Part shown: positions 39,103-46,905 of the stretch, piece after piece | Layout: the number at the start of each line of letters is the position of its first letter | Numbering within the stretch: position 1 is the first letter of the stretch | Assembly (NCBI GenBank): GCA_963785725.1 | Contig: CAWAWS010000018.1 | Coordinates: 64,001-128,000 of the forward strand | Source: an uncultured delta proteobacterium | Lineage (GTDB): Bacteria > Myxococcota_A > Polyangia > Palsa-1104 | DNA length: 64,000 nt | Reading direction: 5' to 3' | Position numbers and translations under genes: made by a program | The notes under the pieces: generated by a model | The model's input: the letters and a program-made list of their open reading frames with translations, nothing else | Databases searched by the model: none | What the model was told of the DNA's origin: nothing

Positions 39103-40761
39103 TCAGCGTGCCGCCGCGTGCCGGCCGGCGAGCCAGCCGCCGACGAGCCCGCGCAAGTTGGACAGACCGCTCTGATAGCCGGCGCCGATGTCGAGCGGCG
39201 CGGCGGCGTTTCCCGCCGCGTACAAGCCGGGAATGGCGCGCCCGCGCACGTGCAGCACCTGCGCCGACGTGTTCGTGCGCAGGCCGGCGGCGTTGATGCC
39301 GGCCGAGACCACGCGCAGCGGCAAGCCGTAGAACGGCCCCTTCGTCAGCGGGCCGAGGCTGGGATTGCCGGCTTTTTTGCGGTCGCCGGTCATCATCACC
39401 GCCCACGGATATTGGCCGCGACCGAAATCCTGGTCGACGCCCTCCTCGGCGAAGCGGTTGAAGCGCGTCACGGTCGCCTCCAGCGCGTCGGCGTCGATGC
39501 CCAAGATGCCGGCCAATTCGCGCAGCGTCGGCGCGCGATGGACGAGCGACTCCGGCAGATCCTGCGACGGCAATAAGCGGCCTAACGGATACTTCTCGCG
39601 GAACTGAGAATCGAATATCAAGAACGGCGGGAAGTTGGGCTGCGCCTGTTTCACGCCGTCCCAGTTGTGCGCTTTCGGTGAATAATCCTTATAGAACGAT
39701 TCATCGGCGAAGCGTTTGCCGGCTTTGTTGACCCAGATGGCGTGCGGGAAGCCGCCGTCCCACGAGCCGCGATAGAGCTTCTTGCCTTCCTGCTCTTCGC
39801 CGGGAATGTGGTAGCCGAACATGAGCCCGAGGTTCGCCGGCGGCACGGCCGCGATGGCGGCGCCCGCTTCGGTCCCGAGCAAGAAGCCGTCGCCGGCGAC
39901 CGTCGGTTGACACATCGAGTTCCACTCGGGCAGCTGCTCGAACCACTTCGGCAGATCGGGGTGCCAGTCGTAGCCGCCGGTCGCCAAGAGCACGCCCTTC
40001 TTCGCGTGCACGAGGAAGTCTTTGCCGTCGCGGGTCGCGCGCACGCCGATGACCTCGCCGTTCTCGACGATCAATTCTTTGACCGGCGTCTCCAAATAAG
40101 CCGGGATTTTGCGGTCGATGAGCGCGTTCTTGACGAAGTAGGCCATGAGGCCGGGGCCGAAGCCGCGCATGTCCTCGGTCATGCGCTGGCCGAGCACGGC
40201 GAAGTCCCAGCTCATGATGCTGGTGAAGCCGCCCCAGCCGAACAGCTCGTCGTGCGTGATGCCGATGGGCACGTGCGGCGAGAGGAACGTCTTTTTGCGC
40301 CAATCGCCGAGGTCATGCCCTTTGATGAGCTCGACTTCGAGATAACGACCGGCCGCCAACGTTCCCGGCGCGTGCGGATAATAATAATCGGGGAAATCCT
40401 TGATCAGCTTCCATTTGACACCGGCTTTATCGCCGAACCATTTGACGGCTTCGACGCCGGCGTCGACGAGCGTGCCTTGCAGCTCGGGATCTTCGTAGCC
40501 GGCGCCGAGGAACTTCAAATACTCGAGGCCGCGCTCGCGGGAATCGGAGATTCCGGCGGCCGCTTGTAAATGATTATTGGGCAGGAATACTTCGCCGCCC
40601 GAATAGGCGCTGATGCCGCCAAGCTTGCGCGCCTTTTCGAGGACGACGACCTTCTTGCCCGCGTCGTGCGCGACGATGGCCGCGCCGAGCCCGCCCAAGC
40701 CCGAGCCGACCGACACGACGTCTACTTCCAAGTCCCATTTACGGCGATTGAACATCGACAT
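39103..40761 (-). CDS. Second 3-ketosteroid dehydrogenase-family flavoprotein, possibly Delta4-(5alpha) type
   Basis: GSGLGG, GGISAYSGG, FPDYYYP and GLYAAGN; C-terminal GYQSGLS instead of YPGxG. Confidence 0.8.
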   Translation of the reverse strand: MSMFNRRKWDLEVDVVSVGSGLGGLGAAIVAHDAGKKVVVLEKARKLGGISAYSGGEVFLPNNHLQAAAGISDSRERGLEYLKFLGAGYEDPELQGTLVDAGVEAVKWFGDKAGVKWKLIKDFPDYYYPHAPGTLAAGRYLEVELIKGHDLGDWRKKTFLSPHVPIGITHDELFGWGGFTSIMSWDFAVLGQRMTEDMRGFGPGLMAYFVKNALIDRKIPAYLETPVKELIVENGEVIGVRATRDGKDFLVHAKKGVLLATGGYDWHPDLPKWFEQLPEWNSMCQPTVAGDGFLLGTEAGAAIAAVPPANLGLMFGYHIPGEEQEGKKLYRGSWDGGFPHAIWVNKAGKRFADESFYKDYSPKAHNWDGVKQAQPNFPPFLIFDSQFREKYPLGRLLPSQDLPESLVHRAPTLRELAGILGIDADALEATVTRFNRFAEEGVDQDFGRGQYPWAVMMTGDRKKAGNPSLGPLTKGPFYGLPLRVVSAGINAAGLRTNTSAQVLHVRGRAIPGLYAAGNAAAPLDIGAGYQSGLSNLRGLVGGWLAGRHAAAR

Positions 40762-40771
40762 CGCGAACCTC

Positions 40772-41596
40772 TTACGAGAGTAGGAATCCGCCGTCGACGA
40801 GCAGCATCGCGCCCGTGACGTAATCGGCCATCGGCGTCGCCAAGAACAGGATCGCGCGCGCCACATCGTCGGGATCGCCCATGCGCTTGAGCGGCAGCCG
40901 CGAGAAGAAATTCTTCGAGCGCGCCATGAGCTTCTTCGGGTCGTTCAAGATGTATTCGATCGACAGGCGCGCGCCCGGCGTTTGAATGCCGCCCGGCGCC
41001 ACGCAGTTGACGCGAATGCGCTGCTCGCGCAGCTCCCACGCCAGCGACTTGGTCAACATCAAGACGGCGCCTTTCGACGTCTCGTAATGGACCATGTCGC
41101 CTTCGGGATGCATGCCGGCGATCGACGCCAGGTTCACGACCGAGCCGCCGCCGGCGCGCGCCATGTGCGGCGCGGCGGCGCGCGTGCAGCGCATCGTGCC
41201 CATGACGTTGATGTCGAGCGTCTTTCGCCACAGCTCGTCGTCGGTCTCGAAGAACGGGCGAATCGGGAAGATGGCCGCGTTGTTGACGAGCACGTCGATG
41301 CGGCCGCGCGTCTCGGCGACGCGGTTGAAGCCGGTCGTGATGCTGGCGGCGTCGCTGACGTCGACGACGAGCGGCTCGGCCTGGCCGCCGCGCTCGCGAA
41401 TCGCCGCCGCCGTCGCCGCCGCGCTGCCTTCGTTCATGTCGGCGATCACGACGTGCGCGCCCACTTCGGCCAGGCGAAACGCCGTCGACTGCCCGATGCC
41501 GCGCCCGCCGCCGGTGACGATGGCGACTTTGCCCGACAGGTCGAACAGCTGATTCAGCGTCTGCGCCGGTGGATTGATCGCGTCATCCATGGACAT
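40772..41596 (-). CDS. SDR-family oxidoreductase (probable hydroxysteroid dehydrogenase)
   Basis: TGGGRGIG, NNAA and YETSK; lies in the steroid operon. Confidence 0.85.
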   Translation of the reverse strand: MSMDDAINPPAQTLNQLFDLSGKVAIVTGGGRGIGQSTAFRLAEVGAHVVIADMNEGSAAATAAAIRERGGQAEPLVVDVSDAASITTGFNRVAETRGRIDVLVNNAAIFPIRPFFETDDELWRKTLDINVMGTMRCTRAAAPHMARAGGGSVVNLASIAGMHPEGDMVHYETSKGAVLMLTKSLAWELREQRIRVNCVAPGGIQTPGARLSIEYILNDPKKLMARSKNFFSRLPLKRMGDPDDVARAILFLATPMADYVTGAMLLVDGGFLLS

Positions 41597-41598
41597 GG

Positions 41599-42399
41599 CT
41601 ATTTGCCCTTGAACTGCGGTTGGCGCTTCTCGACGAACGCGCGCGGCCCCTCTTTGGCGTCTTCGGTCGACAGAATCGGCCAGCCGATCTCGAGCTCCTT
41701 CTTGAGCGCCTCGACTTCGGTCAGCCCTTCGGTCTCGATGACGGAGCGCTTGATCGCCTGCACGGCCAGCGGCCCGTTGTTCGCGATCTGCTCGGCCACT
41801 TTCTGCGCCTCAGCCAGCGCTTGACCGTCGGGCACGATGCGACCGATGAGCCCGACGCGCTGCGCCTCTTCGGCGCCGAGCGTGCGACCGGTGAGCAGGA
41901 GGTCCATCGCCACCGTGTACGGGATCTGCCGGCGCAAGCGCACCGTCGAGCCGCCGAGCGGGAACAGGGCCCAGCGCGCCTCGGCGACGCCGAACTTGGC
42001 GCCGGCGCCGGCGATGCGAATGTCGGTCGCCTGCAAGATCTCGGTGCCGCCGGCGACGGCGGTGCCTTCGACGGCGGCGATGAGCGGCTTTTTGACGCGG
42101 TAATGGCGCATGAGCGCCTTCCAATGCAAGTCGGGCTCGTTCTTGAAGCGCGCCCGCCACGGATCGGGATCCTGCTTGTCCCAGCCGCCCGACATCAGCT
42201 TCAGGTCGGCGCCGGACGAGAAGTGGCCGGCGGCGCCGGTCAGGATGGCGACGCGCACATCGGGGTCGCCGTCGATCATGTCCCACGCGTCGGCCATGCG
42301 CGCCATCATCTCGGGCGAGAACGCGTTACGCGCCTCGGGCCGATTGAGCGTGACGGTGACGATGTGGCCCTGCTTCTCGACTAGAAGATGGTCGGCCAT
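41599..42399 (-). CDS. echA19: Enoyl-CoA hydratase, EchA19-like (steroid side chain)
   Basis: KKPLIAAVEG..AGGTEILQATDIR and GGSTVRLRRQIPYT..DLLLTGR closely resemble mycobacterial EchA19. Confidence 0.82.
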   Translation of the reverse strand: MADHLLVEKQGHIVTVTLNRPEARNAFSPEMMARMADAWDMIDGDPDVRVAILTGAAGHFSSGADLKLMSGGWDKQDPDPWRARFKNEPDLHWKALMRHYRVKKPLIAAVEGTAVAGGTEILQATDIRIAGAGAKFGVAEARWALFPLGGSTVRLRRQIPYTVAMDLLLTGRTLGAEEAQRVGLIGRIVPDGQALAEAQKVAEQIANNGPLAVQAIKRSVIETEGLTEVEALKKELEIGWPILSTEDAKEGPRAFVEKRQPQFKGK

Positions 42400-42407
42400 G
42401 CCAGAAG

Positions 42408-42455
42408 TAGAACATGTTTCATTCGGAGCGACAAGCGAAAATGGAACGTGTTTCA
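42408..42455. promoter_or_regulatory. Pair of KstR-type operators upstream of the echA19-SDR-kstD operon
   Basis: TAGAACATGTTTCA (42408-42421) and TGGAACGTGTTTCA (42442-42455); cgcTTGtc lies between them on the minus strand. Confidence 0.85.
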
Positions 42456-43286
42456 GTGCGGCTTGGGCTGGTTGCGCGGCGCGATGAGCACGCGATCTGC
42501 GTTTGCATACAGGAACTTGTCGAGCACGCCTTCACGCAGGTCGAGCTCTTGCGCTTCGGCCATGCAGCGCTCCATCGAGAGCACGGGATGGTCGGACGCG
42601 AACATGATCTTGTCCTGTCCGCGCGTGTTCATGAAGTGGATGAGCTCGGGCGGGAAATAGCGCGGCGCGTAAGCCGACGTCATCAAATAGAGGTTGCGAT
42701 ATTTCAGCATCAGCCGAATCGCCACCTGCCACCACGGGTCGGCGCCGTGCGCCATGATCAAGGTCAGCTCGGGGAAAAACAGGCAGACTTCGTCGAGATA
42801 GATCGGATCTTGGCACTTGCCGGGCGCGGGCGGGCCGGGAATTCCCGTGTTGACCGAGATGGGCAGGCCGAGCTCGATGCACTTGGCGTAGATGGGATAA
42901 CAGCACTTGTCGTCGGGCGGTAGGCCGATCATGAAGGGCACGATGCGCGCCAGCACGACCGGCTCGTTGCGCACGATCTTCTCGAGCGCGCGCACGGCGA
43001 GCATGCCGCGGCGCGGGTCGACGTAAGCGGCGAGCACGAAGCGGTCGGGGCGCGCGCGCGACAGCTTGAGCACCTCTTCCGACGGGTTCTCGGCGCGCAC
43101 GGAGAGCACCGACTTCTCCACGCCGCAGCGATCCATCGTCTCCAGCATCTTCTCGAGCGAGATGTCCTGGAAGATCTCGGGCGCGCGCTTGAAGTAGTCC
43201 TCGGCGACGCGCACCAAATAGTCGGGCCGCTCTTGCGAGCCCATGTTGACGTTGACGAACGTGTCGATCGCGCGCAGCACGGACAT
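42453..43286 (-). CDS. Amidohydrolase_2 family protein
   Basis: YPIYAKCIELGLP, MAHGADPW and GQDKIMFASDHP; start MSVLRAID at 43286. Confidence 0.87.
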   Translation of the reverse strand: MSVLRAIDTFVNVNMGSQERPDYLVRVAEDYFKRAPEIFQDISLEKMLETMDRCGVEKSVLSVRAENPSEEVLKLSRARPDRFVLAAYVDPRRGMLAVRALEKIVRNEPVVLARIVPFMIGLPPDDKCCYPIYAKCIELGLPISVNTGIPGPPAPGKCQDPIYLDEVCLFFPELTLIMAHGADPWWQVAIRLMLKYRNLYLMTSAYAPRYFPPELIHFMNTRGQDKIMFASDHPVLSMERCMAEAQELDLREGVLDKFLYANADRVLIAPRNQPKPH

Positions 43287-43304
43287 GAGGGCCTCGTTGG
43301 CGAC

Positions 43305-43350
43305 TGAAACGTGTTTCGATCGCTTGACGACAAAAATAGAACGTGTTTCA
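43305..43350. promoter_or_regulatory. Pair of KstR-type operators in the divergent amidohydrolase/kshA promoter
   Basis: TGAAACGTGTTTCG (43305-43318, one mismatch) and TAGAACGTGTTTCA (43337-43350); cgcTTGACG between. Confidence 0.85.
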
Positions 43351-43379
43351 GTCTCGGTAAAGCGAAAAGGAGCGACGCC

Positions 43380-44342
43380 GTGGCTGCTCACACCTTCTCC
43401 GGGTATCCGCGCGGCTGGTTCGCCGTCTGCTTCTCCGACGAGCTGACCGTCGGTAAATCATTGCCGCTGCGCTATTTCGGGCAGGACTTGGTCGCCTTTC
43501 GCGGCGAGGACGGCGTCGTGCACGTGCTCGAGGCCTATTGCGCGCACATGGGCGCGCACCTCGGCGTCGGCGGCAAAGTCGAGGGCTGCACGCTGCGCTG
43601 CCCGTTTCACGGCTGGCGTTACGACGGCGCGGGCGCGTGCGTGGAGATTCCGTACGCCAAGAAGATCCCGCCCAAAGCCAAGCAGCAGGCGTGGCGCGTG
43701 CAGGAGATCAACGGGCATGTGCTCGTGCATCACGACGCCGAAGGGCTGCCGCCAGCCTACGAAATCCCGGTGATTCCCGAGTATGGCAGCGACGACTGGC
43801 TGCCGTGGACGACGAGCCGCTATCGCATCAAGACGCATCCGCGCGAGATCGTCGACAACTTGGCGGACAAGGCGCACTTCGCGTTCGTGCACAACACCGC
43901 CATCGACGACTTCGGGTTCGAAGTGGCGGGGCACACGGCGACGCAGCACGTCAAAGGGCGCGCCTTTCTGGCCGACGGCAAAGTCGATCCATTCGCGTCG
44001 ACGACGACGTACCACGGGCCCGGCTATTTGCTGATGCGCATGGATGGGCTGCTCAAGAACTACATGCTGTTCACGCACACGCCCATCGACGAGAACAGCC
44101 TCGATCTGCGGCTGGCCGTAACGCTGAAGGTGGTCGGCGATCGCAAGCGCACCGAGGGCTACGTCGCGGGCTATATCGATAATTTGCGGCGCGGCTTCGA
44201 GGACGACATCAAGATCTGGGAGGCCAAGATCTATCGCGACCCGGCGGTTTTGTGCGACGGGGATGGGCCGATCGGCGCGCTGCGGAAGTGGTATCGGCAG
44301 TTCTACGTGACGGCGGCCGGCGCGGTGGCCGCGGCCGAGTAG
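43380..44342 (+). CDS. kshA: Rieske oxygenase, 3-ketosteroid 9alpha-hydroxylase oxygenase subunit
   Basis: RBS AAAGGAG then GTG; YPRGWF, CAHMG, CPFHGW, DNLADKAHFAFVH and D..IW..K...LCDGDGPI..LRKWYRQFY. Confidence 0.87.
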   Translation: MAAHTFSGYPRGWFAVCFSDELTVGKSLPLRYFGQDLVAFRGEDGVVHVLEAYCAHMGAHLGVGGKVEGCTLRCPFHGWRYDGAGACVEIPYAKKIPPKAKQQAWRVQEINGHVLVHHDAEGLPPAYEIPVIPEYGSDDWLPWTTSRYRIKTHPREIVDNLADKAHFAFVHNTAIDDFGFEVAGHTATQHVKGRAFLADGKVDPFASTTTYHGPGYLLMRMDGLLKNYMLFTHTPIDENSLDLRLAVTLKVVGDRKRTEGYVAGYIDNLRRGFEDDIKIWEAKIYRDPAVLCDGDGPIGALRKWYRQFYVTAAGAVAAAE

Positions 44343-44401
44343 TCGGCCCCATCGCTCACGACGTCGCTGCGGCCGATTCGGCGTTGGCCGCGCGGCGGAT
44401 T

Positions 44402-44685
44402 CGTGCCGGCGCGGCGCGTGTGCCGATCTTGGCCTTTGCGTGTGGGGGAGCGACGTCGGCGCTGCGATAGCAGCGCAGACGGAGACCTTGCACCGCGCGC
44501 GCGACTACGCCGATGGCCGGCGCGACGGGGCGCGAGCGCGCGCGTCCACCGGACGCCCGCGCGCTCGCGCACGCCGCCCAAGCCCAGCGAACCGGCAGTG
44601 CCGGCAAGCGTGACGGCCGTGCCGGCAAGCGTGACGGCCGTGCCGGCAGCGTCACCGCCGAGCCGACGGGCGTGACCGCCGTGCC
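44402..44685. repeat. 284-bp direct repeat, copy 1
   Basis: Matches 46153-46436 with 4 mismatches by eye; contains the hairpin GCGCTGC-GATA-GCAGCGC and 21-bp tandem units. Confidence 0.93.
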
Positions 44686-44730
44686 GGCTGCCCGCCGCGC
44701 CCGTAACCGTGACCGCCGCGCGACCGCGCA

Positions 44731-46014
44731 TCAGACCCCGACGCGTGGCAGCTCGTCCAGCCGCAGCCGTTCACGGTCGGCCCACATCGCAACGATCGCC
44801 CGCTCGTCCGGCTGCGGCCGGCAATTGAACCGCCGTCGCAGCTGCACGATCCGTCGCGCCTGCGGCTCCAGCTCCAGCGTCAGCCGCCGCTGTCGCCCAC
44901 TGCGCGTCTCCAGCTGCAGCGACCAAATCGACGATCGCCCCCGCCGACAAGCCGCGACATACGTCGACACGCAGTGCCGCATCATCCGTCCCTCGAGCTC
45001 GAGCTCGGCGCTCGAGCACAGCTCGGTGAGCGTCCAGATGCGCACTTCGCCGCGGCGGCGGTCGTCGTCGTCGTAGCGCGCGATCGTCTCGACGTGACGC
45101 AGCGGCCGCAGCGGCTGCGGCGCCCAGGTCACGAGCGGTCCCGTCGCGCGCAGCTGGCCGTGCCAGGCGTCGACGAGCCGCAACAGCGACGCCGGCGTGC
45201 GCCCTTTGAGCGTCAGCTCCGCCTGCGGCGGCGGCAGCAGCCCCAGCTGGCCGTCGGGCGTGATGCCTTCGATCGGCTGCAGCCTCTGATGATGCAGGAA
45301 GTCGACGATCGGCCCGACGTGCATGAGGTCGAGCTCGGGATGGCGCGCCAAGAAGTCGACGACCGTCTCCCAAAAATCCTCGTGCAATAGCTCGTGGCCG
45401 AGCCGCGTGGCCGACAGCGCGCTCGCCAGCGCGTCGCTGCCGCCGAGCGCGCGCGTCTGCGCCCAGCGCAGCGCGGCGATGACGCTCAGATGATGCGGCG
45501 CCTGCGTGAAGCGATGCGCCAGCGCCCGCGTAATCCGCAGCGGCAGCCCGATTCGGCGCAGGCTCTCGCCGCGCCCGACGGCTTTGTACCAGGCTTGCTG
45601 CGGCGTGCGCTGGCCGGGCTCGCCGTCGAGCCAGGCCGAGACCCAGAAGCCGGGCATGACGAAGCGCGCCAGCAGGTGCTGCGCCAGCGATGACAGCTGC
45701 CGCCAGCTGCTCGCCGCCGTCGGACGCCACGCTTCGACGGGCGCGAGCCAGTCGGCGTGGTGCAGCGCGAGCGCGACGAGGGCGCGGTCGACGTCGGGCG
45801 CGTCGCTGCGACCGCTGGTGCGACGGGCGAGGAGGTCGCTGGCGCAGCGGACGTGCCGCAGCAGGCGATCGTAAGCGGGCAGGACGCCGGCGAGCGGCGC
45901 GATGCGCTCGCGGGACGTATGAATGGACGCGTCGCGGCGGCGCATGGCGGCCGCGACGAAGAGACGGAATTTGCACACGACGGCTCCGTGCGCGCCGGCG
46001 GACGGCGCGCGCAA
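44731..46014 (-). CDS. PcfJ-domain protein (start uncertain)
   Basis: C-terminal ELCSSAELELEGRMMRHCVSTY...SIWSL...LTLEL...IVQLRRRFN; TLKGRTPASLLRLVDAWH. Confidence 0.8.
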   Translation of the reverse strand: MRAPSAGAHGAVVCKFRLFVAAAMRRRDASIHTSRERIAPLAGVLPAYDRLLRHVRCASDLLARRTSGRSDAPDVDRALVALALHHADWLAPVEAWRPTAASSWRQLSSLAQHLLARFVMPGFWVSAWLDGEPGQRTPQQAWYKAVGRGESLRRIGLPLRITRALAHRFTQAPHHLSVIAALRWAQTRALGGSDALASALSATRLGHELLHEDFWETVVDFLARHPELDLMHVGPIVDFLHHQRLQPIEGITPDGQLGLLPPPQAELTLKGRTPASLLRLVDAWHGQLRATGPLVTWAPQPLRPLRHVETIARYDDDDRRRGEVRIWTLTELCSSAELELEGRMMRHCVSTYVAACRRGRSSIWSLQLETRSGRQRRLTLELEPQARRIVQLRRRFNCRPQPDERAIVAMWADRERLRLDELPRVGV

Positions 46015-46152
46015 AAGTAGTGATCGTTCGCTCGGGATGCTCGCGGACGTGGGCGCGCTAGCAGGCGCGCCGAGGGATCACTGGCCGTGAATGCAGCGGT
46101 ACATCGCGCCGCCTAGTGTGCCGAGGTCGCGGACGGCGCGCAAGCGGCCGAG

Positions 46153-46436
46153 CGTGCCGGCGCGGCGCGTGTGGTGATCTTGGCCTGTGCGTGTGGGGGA
46201 GCGACGTCGGCGCTGCGATAGCAGCGCAGACGGAGACCTTGCACCGCGCGCGCGACTACGCCGATGGCCGGCGCGACGGGGCGCGAGCGCGCGCGTCCAC
46301 CGGACGCCCGCGCGCTCGCGCACGCCGCCCAAGCCCAGCGAACCGGCAGTGCCGGCAAGCGTGACGGCCGTGCCGGCGAGCGTGACGGCCGTGCCGGCAG
46401 CGTCACCGCCGAGCCGACGGGCGTGACCGCCGTGCC
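46153..46436. repeat. 284-bp direct repeat, copy 2
   Basis: Offset 1751 bp from copy 1, same orientation. Confidence 0.93.
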
Positions 46437-46570
46437 TGCGAGCGTGACCGTCGTGCGCGCGAGCGTGACCCGCCGCGCCGGCGAGCGTGACCGTCGTGTT
46501 CGCGGCCAGCGTGACCGTCGTGCGCGCGAGCGTGACCACCGCGCCGGCGGGCGTCACCGCCGCGCCGGCC
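46349..46570. repeat. Degenerate ~21-bp minisatellite (AGCGTGACCG.CGTGC.GGCG)
   Basis: GCGTGAC/GCGTCAC recurs about every 21 nt for roughly 10 units; a shorter version is at about 44598-44720. Confidence 0.8.
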
Positions 46571-46801
46571 GGCCGCCGCGCCGGCGACCGCGCCGGCCGC
46601 GCGGCCGTTCGCCGGCTCGGCGGGCGGGAGCGGGCGGCCTGTGGCCGCGCTCCCGCTCGCTCCATCGCGCCGGCCATCGTGGGATCGGGCCACGCCGGCC
46701 GCGAGGTTTATTCCGGCCGCACGCGCTCCGCACCCACGCGCGCCCGCAACGGCAACGGGCAAAGCTCGCGCAAGTCCACGAGTCTGGCACGGTTCAGCTG
46801 G

Positions 46802-46850
46802 TAGAACACGTTTCAATTTCCGCTTGTCCCGGCTACTGGAACGTGTTCTA
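46802..46850. promoter_or_regulatory. Pair of KstR-type operators upstream of the hsaA operon
   Basis: TAGAACACGTTTCA (46802-46815) and TGGAACGTGTTCTA (46837-46850); cgcTTGtc between. Confidence 0.87.
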
Positions 46851-46905
46851 TTTTGAGGGCAGGAACGCGAGACCGCAAACCGCGCACAACCTGAAGGAGG
46901 GTCGG

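Noticed and set aside
46349..46570. 21-bp repeats as a CRISPR array
   Set aside because: Units are contiguous and degenerate with no unique spacers, and no cas genes are present.
46785..46799. TGGCACGGTTCAGC as a sigma-54 promoter for hsaA
   Set aside because: The GG to GC spacing is one base short of the strict -24/-12 requirement.
44303..46816. ORFs through the direct repeats (44303-44731, 46078-46677, 46113-46406, and the N-terminal extension of 46264-48078)
   Set aside because: Low-complexity heptad translations of GC-rich repeats. hsaA has its own RBS and ATG at 46906.
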